Source: Octopus vulgaris (Eukaryota). Taken from it: a DNA stretch of 64,000 bases. The position numbers were made by a program, and so were the translations under genes. Numbering within the stretch: the stretch's first letter is position 1; every line of letters begins with the position of its first letter. The notes beneath the pieces were generated by a model. That model made no database searches. It was not told the origin of the DNA and worked only from the letters and a program-made list of their open reading frames with translations. Shown in pieces: positions 13,113 through 27,460 of the stretch. The stretch lies in NCBI GenBank assembly GCA_951406725.2, contig OX597827.1, forward strand, positions 14,012,001-14,076,000, written 5' to 3'.

Positions 13113-13674
13113 GATAACAAGACAGACAGAAAGACAGGTAAAGTGATAAATGGCCTGTAGTGAAAGATATTAGACCAAGGCACCATGCAGTGGGATTGAA
13201 CCCAGAACCATGTTCTTGTGAAACAAATACCTTAACCAGACAGTCGCGACCATGCTCCATGTCTTGCTCTTATGTAAGAAAATTGATATACTTTGATAGA
13301 TTAAAAAAAAAAAACTCAAGTTATATTAATAATAATATATTTTAATTAATGTCTTGGGAAGGTTACATGATAACATGTCATAATAAAGAAAGTTTACAGC
13401 AGTTGCTAATGGAACCAATAGTTTTAGATATAGCAATCTCTCAAAGGTACAGAAAAGATATAAATATTTGCAAACATCTTGCCTGCAATTGGAATGTCCA
13501 ACAATTCCTCTTCAATCTCATCAGCAACATGATTTCACTTTAGTATTTACCATATTTTGATGCTAAAACACAGAAAACAACTGAAAGTTAAATATAAAGC
13601 TAAAAACAGCAGTTTAGTTACAAAATTGAATATGTACATAGATATATATATTATATAAATTATGTATTAAATAA

Positions 13675-13707
<33 letters not shown>

Positions 13708-13816
13708 TGCATGTATACAGTATACATGTGTAATAAATATCCATGTATATACATACATATATATATATACATACATGCATATACATACATATTCATACAT
13801 ACATATACATACATAC

Positions 13817-13900
<84 letters not shown>

Positions 13901-14100
13901 TTATTTCGTCTGTCGTTACGTTCTGAGTTCAAATTCCGCCGAGGTCGACTTTGCCTTTCATCCTTTCGTGGTCGATTAAATAAAGTACCAGCTACGCACT
14001 GGGGTTGATGTAATCGACTTAATCCCTTTGCCTGTCCTTGTTCGTCACCTCTATGTTTAGCCCCTTGCGGGCAATAAAGAAATATATGTGTGTGTGTGTG

Positions 14101-14476
14101 TTAGGTGTAGGAGTAGATTGCTTACCAACCACATGGTTCCGGGTTCAGTCCCACTGCATGGCACCTTGGGCCAACCAAAGCCTTGTGAGTGGATTTGATA
14201 GACGGAAACGGAAAGAAGCCCATTGTATATATGTATATATATGTATGTGTGTGTATATGTTTGTGTGTCTGTGTTTCCCCCCCCCCCCAGCATCGCTTGA
14301 CAACCGATGCTTGTGAGTTTACGTCCCCGAAACTTAGCGCTTCGGCAAAAGAGACCAATAGAATAAGTACTAGGCATACAAAGAATAATTGCTGGGGTCG
14401 ATTTGCTCACCTAAAGGCAGTGCTCCTGCATGGCCACAGTCAAATGACTGAAACAAGTAAAAGAGTAAAAGAGTAA
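14101..14476 (+). mobile_element. SINE family A (internal deletions)
   Basis: Homology to 9835-10242. Confidence 0.85.
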
Positions 14477-14976
14477 AAAAAGTATATATATATGTATATA
14501 TATGTGTATATATATATATATATATACATATATATATTCATACATAATACATATATATATATATTCATACATGATACATATATATATATATATACATGAC
14601 ACTCACATATACTAATTTTCTAAGTGTATGCGTGTGTACTATCCATATATTTATTCACTGTGTGTGTGTGTGTGTGTGTGTTTTCTAAAGTTGGCACATG
14701 GCCAGCAAACATTTTGGTGGAAGTTACTGTCAATCAAGTCAACCTAAGCATTTGATTGAGACTTAGAATATCGACCATAGCAAAATGAAAGTTGAGCTCA
14801 AAAACCATTTGATGTCAGAACATGATGATATGTAACCCGATATCTCAATGCATTTCATCCAGTATTGAATCAAATCTGCTACCCACCGCATGCTTACAAA
14901 TATGTATATATGTGTGTGTATGTGTGTATGTGTGTGTGTGTGGAGAGAGAAAGAGATAGAGAGGTAATATATATAG

Positions 14977-15398
14977 AGGTACAGGAGTGTCTGTGTGGTA
15001 AGTAGCTTGCTAACCAACCACATGGTTCCGGGTTCAGTCCCACTGCGTGGCATCTTGGGCAAGTGTCTTCTGCTATAGCCCCGGGCTGACCAATGCCTTG
15101 TGAGTGGATTTGATAGACGGAAACTGAAAGAAGCCTGTCGTATATATGTATTTATATATGTATGTGTATGTGTGTGTGTTTGTGTGTCTGTGTTTGTCCC
15201 CCTAGCATTGCTTGACAACCGATGCTGGTGTGTTTACGTCCCCGTCACTTAGCGGTTTGGCAAAAGAGACCGATAGAATAAGTACTGGGCTTACAAAGAA
15301 TAAGTCCCGGGGTCGATTTGCTCGACTAAAGGCGGTGCTCCAGCATGGCCGCAGTCAAATGACTGAAACAAGTAAAAGAGTAAAAGAGTAAAAGAGTA
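14977..15398 (+). mobile_element. SINE family A
   Basis: Full-length copy. Confidence 0.9.
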
Positions 15399-15614
15399 GA
15401 GATGTATGTGTGTGAGTGTGCATGAATGCATATGGCCAAGTGGTTAGAGTGTTGTGCTCAGAATCGCATGATCATGGTTTCAATCCCAGACTGCCAGTGT
15501 ATTGTTTTTTTTTTTGAGCAAAAAACACTTCGTTTTATGTTGCTCCAGTTCACTCAGCTGTAAATGCGCAATCCTTTGGCAGATTGGTATCATTTTGTGC
15601 AGCACGGAGACAGG

Positions 15615-16180
15615 CAGGGGCGGAAGAGGCAGATGAGAGGAGGAGAGAATGGGGGAGAGGAGGAGGAGGAAATGAGGAAGGAGGAGGAGCAGAAGCAGCA
15701 GGAAGCAGAAGGAGCAGGAAGGAGGAGGAAGGGGAGAAGATGGAGGGAGAAGGAAATGGAGAAGATGAAGAGAAAAGGAGGAACAGGGAGAAGGAAGGAG
15801 CAGGGGAGGGGGTGAAGAGGAGGTGAAGGAGGTGGAGGAGGAGAAGCAGGAAGAAGGCGGAAGGGGGAGAAGATGGAGGGAGAAGGAAAGGGAGAAGATG
15901 GAGAGAAGAGGTGGAGGAGGAGGAATGAGGAGGAAGGGGAGAAGGTGGAAGGAGAAGGAAAGGGAGAAGATGGAGAAAAGAGGAAGAGGAGGGAGAAGGA
16001 CAGAGGAGGGGAAGGGGAGGATGAGGAGGAGAAGGAGGTGAGGAGGAAGGCGAAAGAAGAAGAGAGGCAGAAGGGGTAGAGGGGAGGAAGAAGAAGTGGG
16101 GTAGAAGAGGAGGAAGGAGGAAGAGGGTAAGGCGGGGTCAGATGGGAGGGGCAGTGGAAAGGGAACAGGGTCAACAATGC
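15615..16180. repeat. Polypurine (GGA/GAA) low-complexity tract
   Basis: Almost no pyrimidines on the + strand; similar tracts at 17112-17275 and 18570-18920. Confidence 0.9.
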
Positions 16181-16238
16181 TGTCATAGAAATTCCAATGA
16201 AAATAACAGCAAAAGCGTCTGTCATTGAATGAAGTATA

Positions 16239-16456
16239 CTCTTTATACTCTTTTACTTGTTTCAGTCATTTGACTGCGGCCATGCTGGAGCACCGCCTTT
16301 AGTCGAGCAAATCGACCCCGGGACTTATTCTTTGTAAGCCCAGTACTTATTCAATCGGTCTCTTTTGCCGAACCGCTAAGTGACGGGGACGTAAACACAC
16401 CAGCATCGGTTGTCAAGCAATGCTAGAGGGGGACAAACACAGACACACAAACATAT

Positions 16457-16503
<47 letters not shown>

Positions 16504-16669
16504 TACGACAGGCTTCTTTCAGTTTCCGTCTACCAAATCCACTCACAAGGCATTGGTCGGCCCGAGGCTATAGCAGAAGACACTTGCCCAAGTTGCCACG
16601 CAGTGGGACTGAACCCGGAACCATGTGGTTGGTAAGCAAGCTACTTACCACACAGCCACTCCTGCGCCT
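16239..16669 (-). mobile_element. SINE family A
   Basis: Full-length copy. Confidence 0.9.
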
Positions 16670-16946
16670 ATGTATAGGAACATTTGAATGCAAAAGGTCA
16701 CTTGTAAGCCTTATGGCAGGGTTTTACGCCAGTTCTTAACCCCAGTTGTTTTGTGTGAAACAGACAGGAATTAATAATTCTTTGGACAGTCCAACACAAG
16801 ATGTCAAATACTTTTTTCTGTTATTTTTGCCTAGTGACAGTAGAAATTTTACTGGAACAGGAAAACCATTTTATCCATACAAGGTTTATGTGTATCAAAT
16901 ATCTTGGAAAAGGAGTAAAATGGGAAAAGGAAATTCTATACTACAT

Positions 16947-17630
16947 AGGGGGAGGTCTGACTATAGGGTTAAGAAGCTGGTTTTGCATCCATGTGGTTTC
17001 AGGTTCAGTCCCACTGCATGGTGCCTGGAACAAGTGTCCTCTGTTATAGCCATGGGACAACCAATGCCTTGTGAATGAATTTGATGGATAGAAACTGTGT
17101 GGAACCCCATCGTAGGAGGAGGAGGAGGAGGGGAGGAGGGGGGAGCAGGAAAAGGAAGTGGAGGAAGGGGGGAGTTGGGGAAGAGGAGGAGGATGAGGAA
17201 GAGGCGAGGAAGAGGAGTAGGAGCAAGAAAAGGAAGGGGAGGAGGAGGAGTGGAAGAAGAAGAGGAGGAGGAAGATTATGTGTGTGTGTGTATGTGTGTG
17301 CATGTGTGTATGTGTGTGTGTGTGTGCATGTCTCTTTATGCATATGTGTGTGTGTGTGTGCATGTCTCTGTATGCATATGTGTGTGTGGGTGTGTGCATG
17401 TGTGCGCCTGTGTCTGTTAGTGTGTTTGAGTCAGTGTTTTCCCCCCAACTTGACAACCAGTGTTGGTTTGTTTACATCCCTTATAACTTAGTGTTTCAGC
17501 AAAAGGGACTGACGAAATAAGAACCACGCTTAAAAATAAGTACAAGGAATGATTCTTTTGACTAAAACCCTTCAAGCTTGTGTGCCCCAGCATGACTGCA
17601 ATCCAATGACTGAAACAAGTAGGAAAAGAA
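16947..17630 (+). mobile_element. Old SINE A-like copy with a GA-rich insert in its microsatellite
   Basis: Head ~16947-17110, purine tract 17112-17275, tail ~17420-17630. Confidence 0.7.
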
Positions 17631-17873
17631 AAAAAGATAAGATAATTCCAGCCGCTTATGGGGTTACTTATTGCTTCCAGATCAAATGCTTATCATTGGA
17701 AAGAAAAACATATATGCCAACCCACCTGTGACAAACCCTGCTTTTATGACACAAACTTAATTTATGTTCCAAATACCAGCTTAACAATAATTTTATTTTC
17801 ATTTTTTTTTTAGAAATTTTTCTTAATTTTCAAAATTAATTAAAACAAAAGGTAGTGTTTTCAGCTGAAACAT

Positions 17874-18290
17874 GGTCAGGAGTGGCTGTGTGGTAAGTAG
17901 CTTGCTAACCAACCACATGGTTCCGGGTTCAGTCCCACTGTGTGGAATCTTGGGCAAGTGTCTTCTGCTATAGCCCTGGGCCAACCAATGCCTTGTGAGT
18001 GGATTTGGTAGACGGAAATTGAAAGAAGCCTGTCGTATATATGTATATATATGTATATGTATGTATGTGTATATGTTTGTGTGTCTGTGTTTGTCCCCCT
18101 AGCATTGCTTGACAATCGATGCTGGTGTGTTTACGTCCCTGTCACTTAGCAGTTCGGCAAAAGAGACCGATAGAATAAGTACTGGGCTTACAAAGAATAA
18201 GTCCCGGGGTCGATTTGCTCGACTAAAGGTGGTGCTCCAGCATGGCTGCAGTCAAATGACTGAAACAAGTAGAAGAGAGTAAAAGAGAGT
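17874..18290 (+). mobile_element. SINE family A
   Basis: Full-length copy. Confidence 0.9.
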
Positions 18291-19325
18291 AGTTACAAGA
18301 CATTTTGGTGAAAAACATAGATTTATTGAACTGAATTCCTCCCACAAACAACCAAGCATTGATGAATAAATAATGCACAGATATAAATAATAGTTTTAAT
18401 TAAATATTTAACCCAGTCAGGTGTAGACTTGTGATCATGGAACAGAACATCCTGCTTCAGTTTTCATGATTTGCAGTAACATATATCAAAGCAAACAGCT
18501 TAGGTATACAATGAGGATGATGTCGACGACGACAATGATGGTGATGTCGAGACGACGATGGTGATGATGATGATGATGCAGAAGAGGAAGGGGAGGAAGA
18601 GGAGGAGGAAAAGGAACAGGAGAGTGAAGAGGAGAAAGGGAGGGAGAGGAGGGGAGGAGGAGGAGGAAAAGGAACAGGAGAGTGAAGAGGAGAAAGGGGA
18701 GGAAGAGGAGAGGAGAGGAGGAGGAGGAGGAGGAGGAGGGGAGGAGGTACGGATGATGAAGATGAGGGGGAGAAGGAAGAAAATGGGGGAGGGGAGGAGG
18801 AGAGGAAGAGGGGGAGGAGGTGGAGACGGGAAGGAAGGGGAGGAAGAAGAGCAGGAGTAGGAGCAGGAAAAGGAAGGGGAGCAGCAGGAGGAGGGAAGAG
18901 GAGGAGAAGGGGAAGAAGACACACATATATAATAATGAACTCTCTCATCGTTAGATGACATATGAGGGTTCAACAATTTCTTACCGAACAACCACACACA
19001 TGATTTGTTTATAGTGATCAAATGTTTGTGTAGAGATAAGCCCCCTCCCTCCATCAGATCGACATTACCTGTACAGGTACAATGGGTGCCACATGTCAGA
19101 TGTCGAAATGATTGCAGAGCACTCAGCTGGCAAAAATGAGTTGTACCTGTAATTCAAAGGGCCAGCCCTGTCCCATTCTGTGTCACAGTGAATCTCCCTC
19201 AGAACTACGTTAAGGGTATACATGTCTGTGGAGTGCTCAGCCACTTGTATGTTAATTTCATGAGCAAGCTGTGCCATTGACTGTATCAACTGGGACCTCC
19301 ATCATCATAACCAATGGAATGCTCC

Positions 19326-19329
<4 letters not shown>

Positions 19330-19379
<50 letters not shown>

Positions 19380-19512
19380 AAGGGATGACCTGTAAGTGGA
19401 CATCCATTATGCTAGAAGAAGATTTGCTATGGTCCATGGTTTTAAATTGATATTAATCAAATTAATATTCAATTTTTCACCCTTATTATTTTAAATTTAT
19501 ACACACACACAC

Positions 19513-19577
<65 letters not shown>

Positions 19578-19712
19578 AAGGGATGACCTGTAAGTGGACA
19601 TCCATTATGCTAGAAGAAGATTTGCTATGGTCCATGGTTTTAAATTGATATTAATCAAATTAATATTCAATTTTTCACCCTTATTATTTTAAATTTATAC
19701 ACGCACACACAC

Positions 19713-19765
<53 letters not shown>

Positions 19766-19897
19766 GGATGACCTGTAAGTGGACATCCATTATGCTAGAA
19801 GAAGATTTGCTATGGTCCATGGTTTTAAATTGATATTAATCAAATTAATATTCAATTTTTCACCCTTATTATTTTAAATTTATACACGCACACACAC

Positions 19898-19950
<53 letters not shown>

Positions 19951-20076
19951 AAGGGATGACCTGTAAGTGGACATCCATTATGCTAGAAGAAGATTTGCTA
20001 TGGTCCATGGTTTTAAATTGATATTAATCAAATTAATATTCAATTTTTCACCCTTATTATTTTAAATTTATACACG

Positions 20077-20148
<72 letters not shown>

Positions 20149-20266
20149 GGATGACCTGTAAGTGGACATCCATTATGCTAGAAGAAGATTTGCTATGGTC
20201 CATGGTTTTAAATTGATATTAATCAAATTAATATTCAATTTTTCACCCTTATTATTTTAAATTTAT

Positions 20267-20330
<64 letters not shown>
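19330..20330. repeat. Five copies of a ~123-bp core separated by (CA)n(TA)n
   Basis: Cores start near 19378, 19576, 19761, 19949 and 20144; periods 198, 185, 188 and 195. Confidence 0.97.
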
Positions 20331-20333
<3 letters not shown>

Positions 20334-21171
20334 AGAATAAGCACATAAGCATGAAACAAGGTGGAAAAAATCGTACTTGAATACCAGAGGTAGAGTAATA
20401 TGCTTTATAAATAAAGTTGCAAAGACATCACAAAAGCTGTTACTCAGAGTTTCACGTTCCTATTTATCAATAATAATTGATGAGGATTTGGCAACGTTCC
20501 GCATCTTGTTTTCCATTCGTTTCTGCTTATACATATTGTGTTTTTTTTAAACTTATGATACACACACACAGACACACATATTTGAGTGTGTGTGTGGGGG
20601 GGTGTCATAAGCTTAAAAAAAAAACAATATATATATGTTCAAACCAATAGAAAACAAGATACAAAAAATTGCCAAATTATCACCAGTTATCATCCAAAGG
20701 ATCTCTGCAACTTCGTATATAAATGTTTGTGTATATGTGTTTATGTTTATGCTAGCTACCCCCATCCCCACTGCTTGACAACCAGTGTTGGTTTGTTTAC
20801 ATTCTCATAACTTAACAGTTCAGCAAAAGTGATTAACAGAATAAGTACCTGACTTAATCATTAGTGCAGAGTCAATCTGTCCAACTAAAACCCTTCGAAG
20901 GGTTTTAGTCGAACACAGTATGGCTGCAGTCCAATGACTGAAACAAGTAAAAGATTTTAAAAAATATATATTTTTTCTTTTTGCTCTCTCGCAACTACAT
21001 GTCCACTATTCAGAGGGAATACAAAAGTAAAAAATACAGTTTAGGGGCATCTTGTTTGAAATTACATCCTGTCAATGTTGACTTAGGTTGTCGTATATAA
21101 AAAGAGCTACAAGTCTGGTAGGAGGACCAAATTATTGCATTGACAATATCTATACTTGCTACAAGAACCCT

Positions 21172-21194
21172 TCAGTTCTTATCAAGCCTCCAAT
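21172..21194 (-). CDS. Candidate terminal coding exon (Y-WRLDKN*)
   Basis: Acceptor ttttctttaatgtaaacag|AT; phase 1 fits; gives YHRGLALLYWRL, reminiscent of CHIC YHKLCLHWRL (recalled). Very short, so it could be chance. Confidence 0.3.
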
Positions 21195-21574
21195 CTGTTT
21201 ACATTAAAGAAAATCAGTAGAATCATTCTCATGAATAGACATTCTCAGCTTCAGTTAACAACCATAAAAATAAGACATTAAATGTTCCTAAAATATCTTC
21301 CAAATATTTCATTTGATGAAAGATTATCCCTTACAAAATTTTTCTGTATGTTATTATTCCTCCTAAATTGTTGCCATTTACTTGCTAATGCTTCTTCCTA
21401 TCTCTACATAGCCCTAGAAAATTGGCTGAAATATCTGCTTGGTTTCTTAGTTTTAATGACAATAAAACTGGTGTCAACACATTTTATCATCAAAAACAAG
21501 AGAACGCCAAGTAAATAAGTGTAAGCTTTGCGAGAAATAAACATAAAGAGAAGGAGAGGAGAAGAGAGAAAGAA

Positions 21575-21938
21575 AGAAAGAAAGGAAAGAGACAAAGAGT
21601 GATAGAGAAAGTGCAAGAAAGTGTGCAGGAGAGAGAGAGAGGGTGTATAAGAGAGAGTAGAAAGAGAAAGAGAAAGAAAGAAAGGAAAGAGACAAAGAGT
21701 GATAGAGAAAGTGCAAGAAAGTGTGCAGGAGAGAGAGAGAGGGTGTATAAGAGAGAGTAGAAAGAGAAAGAGAAAGAAAGAAAGGAAAGAGACAAAGAGT
21801 GATAGAGAAAGTGCAAGAAAGTGTGCAGGAGAGAGAGAGGGGGGGTGTAAGAGAGAGTAGAAAGAGAAAGAGAAAGAAAGAAAGGAAAGAGACAAAGAGT
21901 GATAGAGAAAGTGCAAGAAAGTGTGCAGGAGAGAGAGA

Positions 21939-21977
<39 letters not shown>

Positions 21978-21995
21978 AAGAGAAAGAGAAAGAAA
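21575..21995. repeat. 100-bp GA-rich tandem repeat, ~4 copies
   Basis: gacaaagagt at 21591, 21691, 21791 and 21891. Confidence 0.95.
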
Positions 21996-22709
21996 ATATC
22001 AGTTTATTTATTGGATATCTTTACACTTAATGATCAGTTCCATCTATTTACATGAAAGCACTGTATTTGAACACTTTCTTTTTAGATCTACGCACTTCAT
22101 TTCCATTATATATATTTCTTCTCATCAGTTAGCATTAGCCAAAGACAATAAACAAACAGCTACAGACTAAATATAAAAATAAAACCTATACAATATCTCT
22201 AATCAATAACAGCCAATGATATGTAATGCATTTATTAAACAAATATAAAAACTATTTCTTGTCAATAACGTAGTGAAGAATGTAAAGAGAGGTTTTATTA
22301 TATTCTTCGTCATCACCATAATAATTGCTATAATCACTATAATCATCATCATCATCATCTCCACCTTAATACCAGCTCCCATCATTCCATACCTAACCAT
22401 AAACCAACATTATCAGTCTTATTATTGTTGTTTCCTCTTACAGTTATTATCATAGTCCACACCAGGAATGCTTCTCACACATTTTTTTGCAATATTTCAC
22501 CCGCATTCATATTTCAAATCTACCCCTCTGAAAATGTCACTAAAGTCCTCATATAAAACATAACAAAATAAAATTTTATGCCTCAAGACCAAAACATCAG
22601 CTCAATATAACCATTCTACAAGGCAGCAAGTTGGCAGAAGCATTAGCACACCAGGCAAAATCCTTAGCAGCATTTCATCCGTCTTAATATTGTTGTTGCT
22701 GTTGCTATG

Positions 22710-22753
<44 letters not shown>

Positions 22754-23017
22754 CATTGTTTTTATTATCATCATCATTATTAAGGTGGCGAACTGGCAGA
22801 ATTGTTAGCACGTCAGGTGAAATGCTTAGCGATATTTTGTCTGCCGTTAAGTTCTGAGTTCAAATTCCTCCAAGGTTGACTTTGCCTTTCATCCTGTCAG
22901 GGTCGATAAAATAAGTACCAGTAGAACACTGGGGTCAATATAATCAACTCATCTTCACCTCTGCTGAGCTGCCCTTGAGGCAAAAATTTGAAATGATTAT
23001 TATTATTATTATTATTA

Positions 23018-23048
<31 letters not shown>

Positions 23049-23772
23049 CATCATCATCATCATCATTAAGGTGGCGAGCTGGCAGAATTGTTAGCCCACT
23101 GGACAAAATGCTTAGTCACTAAGTTCTGAGTTCAAATCTCGCCAAGGTTGACTTTGCCTTTCATTGTTTCAGGGGCCAATAAATTGAGTACCAGTGAATC
23201 ACTGGGGTCAATGTAATCAACTAATCTCCTCCCACCAAATTTCAGGCTTTGTGCCTATAACTGAAAGGATTATTATATCGACCCCGAAAGGATGAAAGGC
23301 AAAGTATTCCTCCAAGGTTGCTTTGCCTTCCATCCTTTTGAGGTGAATAAAATAAGGACCGGCTAAGAACTGGGATCGATGTAATCAACTTTCCGCTCCC
23401 ACAAGTTTCAGACCTTGTGCCTGTTGTAGAATGGATTATTATTACTATTTTTTACTTTCCCTCTGCATGTTTGTTATAGTTACTTGCCGAGACACACCCA
23501 GCATCCTAGGGAGAGTGAAAGCTAAGAGATGTTACAGCATGGCTGAAAGTTTGGGGAGGGGAAGTAGCAAAATATCTTCATGTAATACAACACAGACATT
23601 TAAATGGATAAGGTTTTTCTAAGGATGTGGTCTTTTTTATCAAACTGCTAAGTTACAGGAATGTAAACACACCAACACCGGTTGTCAAGCAGTGATGGGG
23701 GGATTGACACATACACACATAGTATAATCTTTTGGATTTCTCTGAGACATGGTTCTCCTGGGATCTTATTAC

Positions 23773-23864
<92 letters not shown>

Positions 23865-23919
23865 TATGTTTGACTTTTGCTTTATGTCTCCAGAGGGGTT
23901 GACTCTAAGTTCAAATTGC

Positions 23920-24860
23920 TTCCCAGATCAATCCTTCTGTAATCAGACAGTGAGGTAATTTAACTGACTTATCCCTCAATTGCCTTTGGCTGATCCTTAG
24001 GAAAGTGAGTAGCAGAAACAGCAGTAGTAGTTTTGTAGGCTTATAGTCTTTTTTGATACCTTAGAGCCTTAGAATTTTACAGATGCCTAATAATCATCAC
24101 ATCAGAATTCTCTGTACAAGGACAGGAACTAGAAATAGTGCAGCTGTTCAAATAGCTGGAGGAAAGTTTTGATGATAAAGGATCAAAGGCCAGAAATCCT
24201 TACAAAAACTACTCAGAAAATGGCTGCATTAAAATTAAATCCGTATGAGGAGATAGAAATATCAGAATGGAAATCAAAATCAGGCTCTTGCATGATGAGT
24301 TACTACTTCATCTTTCCATATACATGTGTGACATGGACAATCGCTGCAGAGATAGAGAGAAAGATACAGACATTGACAATGAGATGCTTTCTCAGCATCT
24401 TAAATAACACATACTTGCACCACATCACCTTCAAAGAACTATGGAGAGAGAGAAAGAGAAGAGGTGGAAGGAGAACAAAAATGGATGGTAAATCGCTATT
24501 ATGAATATCAGTCTCTTTGACAAGATCAGGAATGAAGAGAACTTCTGGCACTCTGGTCTCTGCCTCCAATAATTAAAAAAAACCCTCATTGATTGAAATT
24601 TACATTGGTTGGGACACGTACACAGGATGGACAACAGCAGAATGCCCAGACAAATCTTTTTGTCCCGACTATGCAAGGTGAAAAGAAACCATAGAAGACC
24701 TAAATTTAGATTCAAAGATATTGGACAAAGGAACATGAAGTGGAAAGGAATTGACCATGATAAATGTCAAACTCGAGCAAAGAACTAACCAGTATGGAGA
24801 AAACTTATCAAGCCATGCTAAAGCCATGAACAGTCATAATCATGACGACTGACTACAAAT
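23920..24860 (+). mobile_element. Degenerate RTE-clade LINE RT/C-terminal fragments (probably two families)
   Basis: TWTIAAEIERKIQTLTMRCFLSILNNTYLHHIT and LHWLGHVHRMDNSRMPRQIFLSRLCKVKRNHRRPKFRFKD; frameshifts and stops. Confidence 0.8.
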
Positions 24861-24884
24861 AATAATAATGATGTTATTATTATT

Positions 24885-25140
24885 ATTATTCAGTAGTTTT
24901 ATTTTTATAGCGTGCTTTCACTTCACTACCGAGTGCAGCTCTGTGTGCCTTGGGTATGTGCTGTGATTTGTTGTGATGCTCTGATGGTTATTGTATGGAA
25001 AGTGTTCTGCGTAGGATGTGTGCAGTGCCTAGCAGTGCAATTTTCTGTATGTTATATGTGTTTGTAAGTTCTGGTGTTTTTGTTATGTATTTGTCTGAAT
25101 ATTTTTTTATCATGCCTAATGCACCTACTATGATAGGAAT
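24885..25140 (-). mobile_element. R4/Dong-clade LINE 3' end between (TAA)n tracts
   Basis: IPIIVGALGMIKKYSDKYITKTPELTNIYNIQKIALLGTAHILRRTLSIQ*; same family as 47990-48215. Confidence 0.8.
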
Positions 25141-25189
25141 TGTTATTATTATTATTATTATTATTATTAATAATAATAATAATAATTAG

Positions 25190-25335
25190 AATAAGCACCA
25201 CATTAGAAAGGAGCAGGTCTGCAAAAAAATCCAGCATGATATTGGCCCTCAGAAAGAGCTTCTCATAATGGTGAAGGAAAGAAACCCGTGATAGTAGAGA
25301 CGTGTAACAAGGATCCAATACCTTTGTAAAGATCA
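25190..25335 (+). mobile_element. RTE fragment
   Basis: HIRKEQVCKKIQHDIGPQKELLIMVKER matches RTE NEEVRxxIQxAIGPHEDLLTxVK (recalled). Confidence 0.6.
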
Positions 25336-25339
25336 TTCT

Positions 25340-25850
25340 TCAAAAAACAATGCATAGTCATCTTCTTGTGTTTTCCCAGTCCAAAGGATATTTTAATATC
25401 CAAGCTAAAATGATGATACAGGGAGATTCTCCAGTGGGACCTTCTATGGCAAACAATTTAAGGTTGTCCATGAAAAGTAAATGGTAGATAAACTCCCACA
25501 CTTTCTCTCTCTCTCTCTCCTTCTCTCACACATGCATTCCCTCTTTCTCTCTTTCTATAGTACCGTTAATAAGTTGTTTTTTTCTTATTAACCAAGTGAA
25601 TTGCAACAAAGATAGGATGAAATGACGATCACTTTGGAACATCCCAGTAGATGTTCCTGTGAGGCTGGAGATTAAAACCATGGTATTGTTGACTTCCATA
25701 AGAACTGTCTGCTACATCTGCACAGCTTTTTTTAGTGAAGTTTATTCACCACAATATCTTAAAATCGATGCCCGTCTAGGTTATGGTAAACCAGACCTAT
25801 GGGACCGAATTAAAGGTCTTCTTGTAATCAATCCAGGCAGCACAAGACAG
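25340..25850 (-). mobile_element. R4/Dong-clade RT fragment
   Basis: AWIDYKKTFNSVP ... GMFQSD ... LLFMDNLKLFA ... SFGL motifs, disrupted. Confidence 0.7.
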
Positions 25851-25867
25851 CTGGTTTCTTCTTCTTC

Positions 25868-25898
<31 letters not shown>

Positions 25899-25941
25899 CC
25901 ATCACCACCACCATCACCACCACCACCACCACCACCACGAC

Positions 25942-25975
<34 letters not shown>

Positions 25976-27051
25976 GTCGTCGTCATCGTCATCCTCCTCC
26001 TCCTCCTCCTCGTCATCACCACTATTGTTAGTGGCAGCCATGGTTGGAGCAGCATCGTTATCGTCATCGTCATTGTTTCACCTTCATGTAAATAAAGACT
26101 GCGTCTTTCAATTCCCTTAGTGTGCCATATTTCAGGCAATAATAAGATACTAATTCCTCTCAGAACACCTTTAACCAAAGCTACACCTCTTAAGTTAAAA
26201 ACAGAAATTTCTCTGCTAGAAATAAAGAAGTGTTTCCAATGGGAATTGCCATCCATTTCATGGAACCCTAATTTCAAACTAATCTATAATTTATTTCTTT
26301 AAACTCTTCGCAGAATACTATGGTCAACTCATTCTATTTATTTCAGACACTTAGAGTCAATAAGGTTGTGTCATTGGCACAGAAAAAAAGTGAAATCAAT
26401 AAACAGTTTTGCTAGAAGCATAGAGATATTGTTATATTTCAGGATGGTCTTTTTTTTTTCCAAATAACCACATGCACTATATACTTGTTCTTCATTATTA
26501 TTATTATTTCATATTTTATTATTTCATATTTTAGTGTCCTTTGCCTAAAATCTTTCATCACACATCCTGTGACCTCTTCAGCAACTCTCCATCCGATGTG
26601 TCTCCTCCTGTGCTGTTTAGGCAATTCTGTGCGTGTGCATGTGTGTATGCATGTCTATGTGTTTAGTCTGTGTGTTTTGTGTGTGGGTGTGTGTATGATT
26701 TGTTTACTAAACTGTTTGTACCCATGTCTTTTATTTACTTTTTTATTCATTTATTTATTTATTTATTTCTCTATTATCTCCCATTCCATCTTAAGTATGT
26801 GTTTGTGTGTTTTGTGTGTGCACGTGTGTGTTTTATGTATCATACTGTTTTTAGTCATCATGTTGTGTTAACATGAAATATAGAATTTAATGCATGCAAA
26901 TACTAATAATGGTTACACTCATATCAGCATGAAAGTGCTAACTAGAATTACACTTATCTCCATATAAAGATGAGAGTGGCAAACTGTTAGGCAGGCATTT
27001 GTAATCATGATTACATGGGAATAGTATTCCAGTTCCATTGTGCAGGTACCT

Positions 27052-27082
<31 letters not shown>

Positions 27083-27187
27083 ATTCATATGTATGTGTAT
27101 GTATCATAAGTGGATCATATATAAATATATATATATATATATACATACATACATGTGTATATATACATGTACCTATATAAATATAAA

Positions 27188-27240
<53 letters not shown>

Positions 27241-27262
27241 GTATATATATATTATATATATA

Positions 27263-27330
<68 letters not shown>

Positions 27331-27360
27331 GTGTGTATATATGTGTGTGTTATATATATA

Positions 27361-27460
<100 letters not shown>

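Noticed and set aside
13551-13562. 12-nt ttttag|...|gtaaat micro-exon candidate
   Set aside because: Splice-like sites this short arise by chance, and I found no supported downstream exon.
15564-18948. Glu/Gly/Arg-rich and Pro/Ser-rich ORFs
   Set aside because: They derive from GGA/GAA low-complexity tracts.
23891-23951. Plus-strand AG/GT-bounded segment
   Set aside because: It is better explained as the decayed upstream part of the RTE RT fragment.
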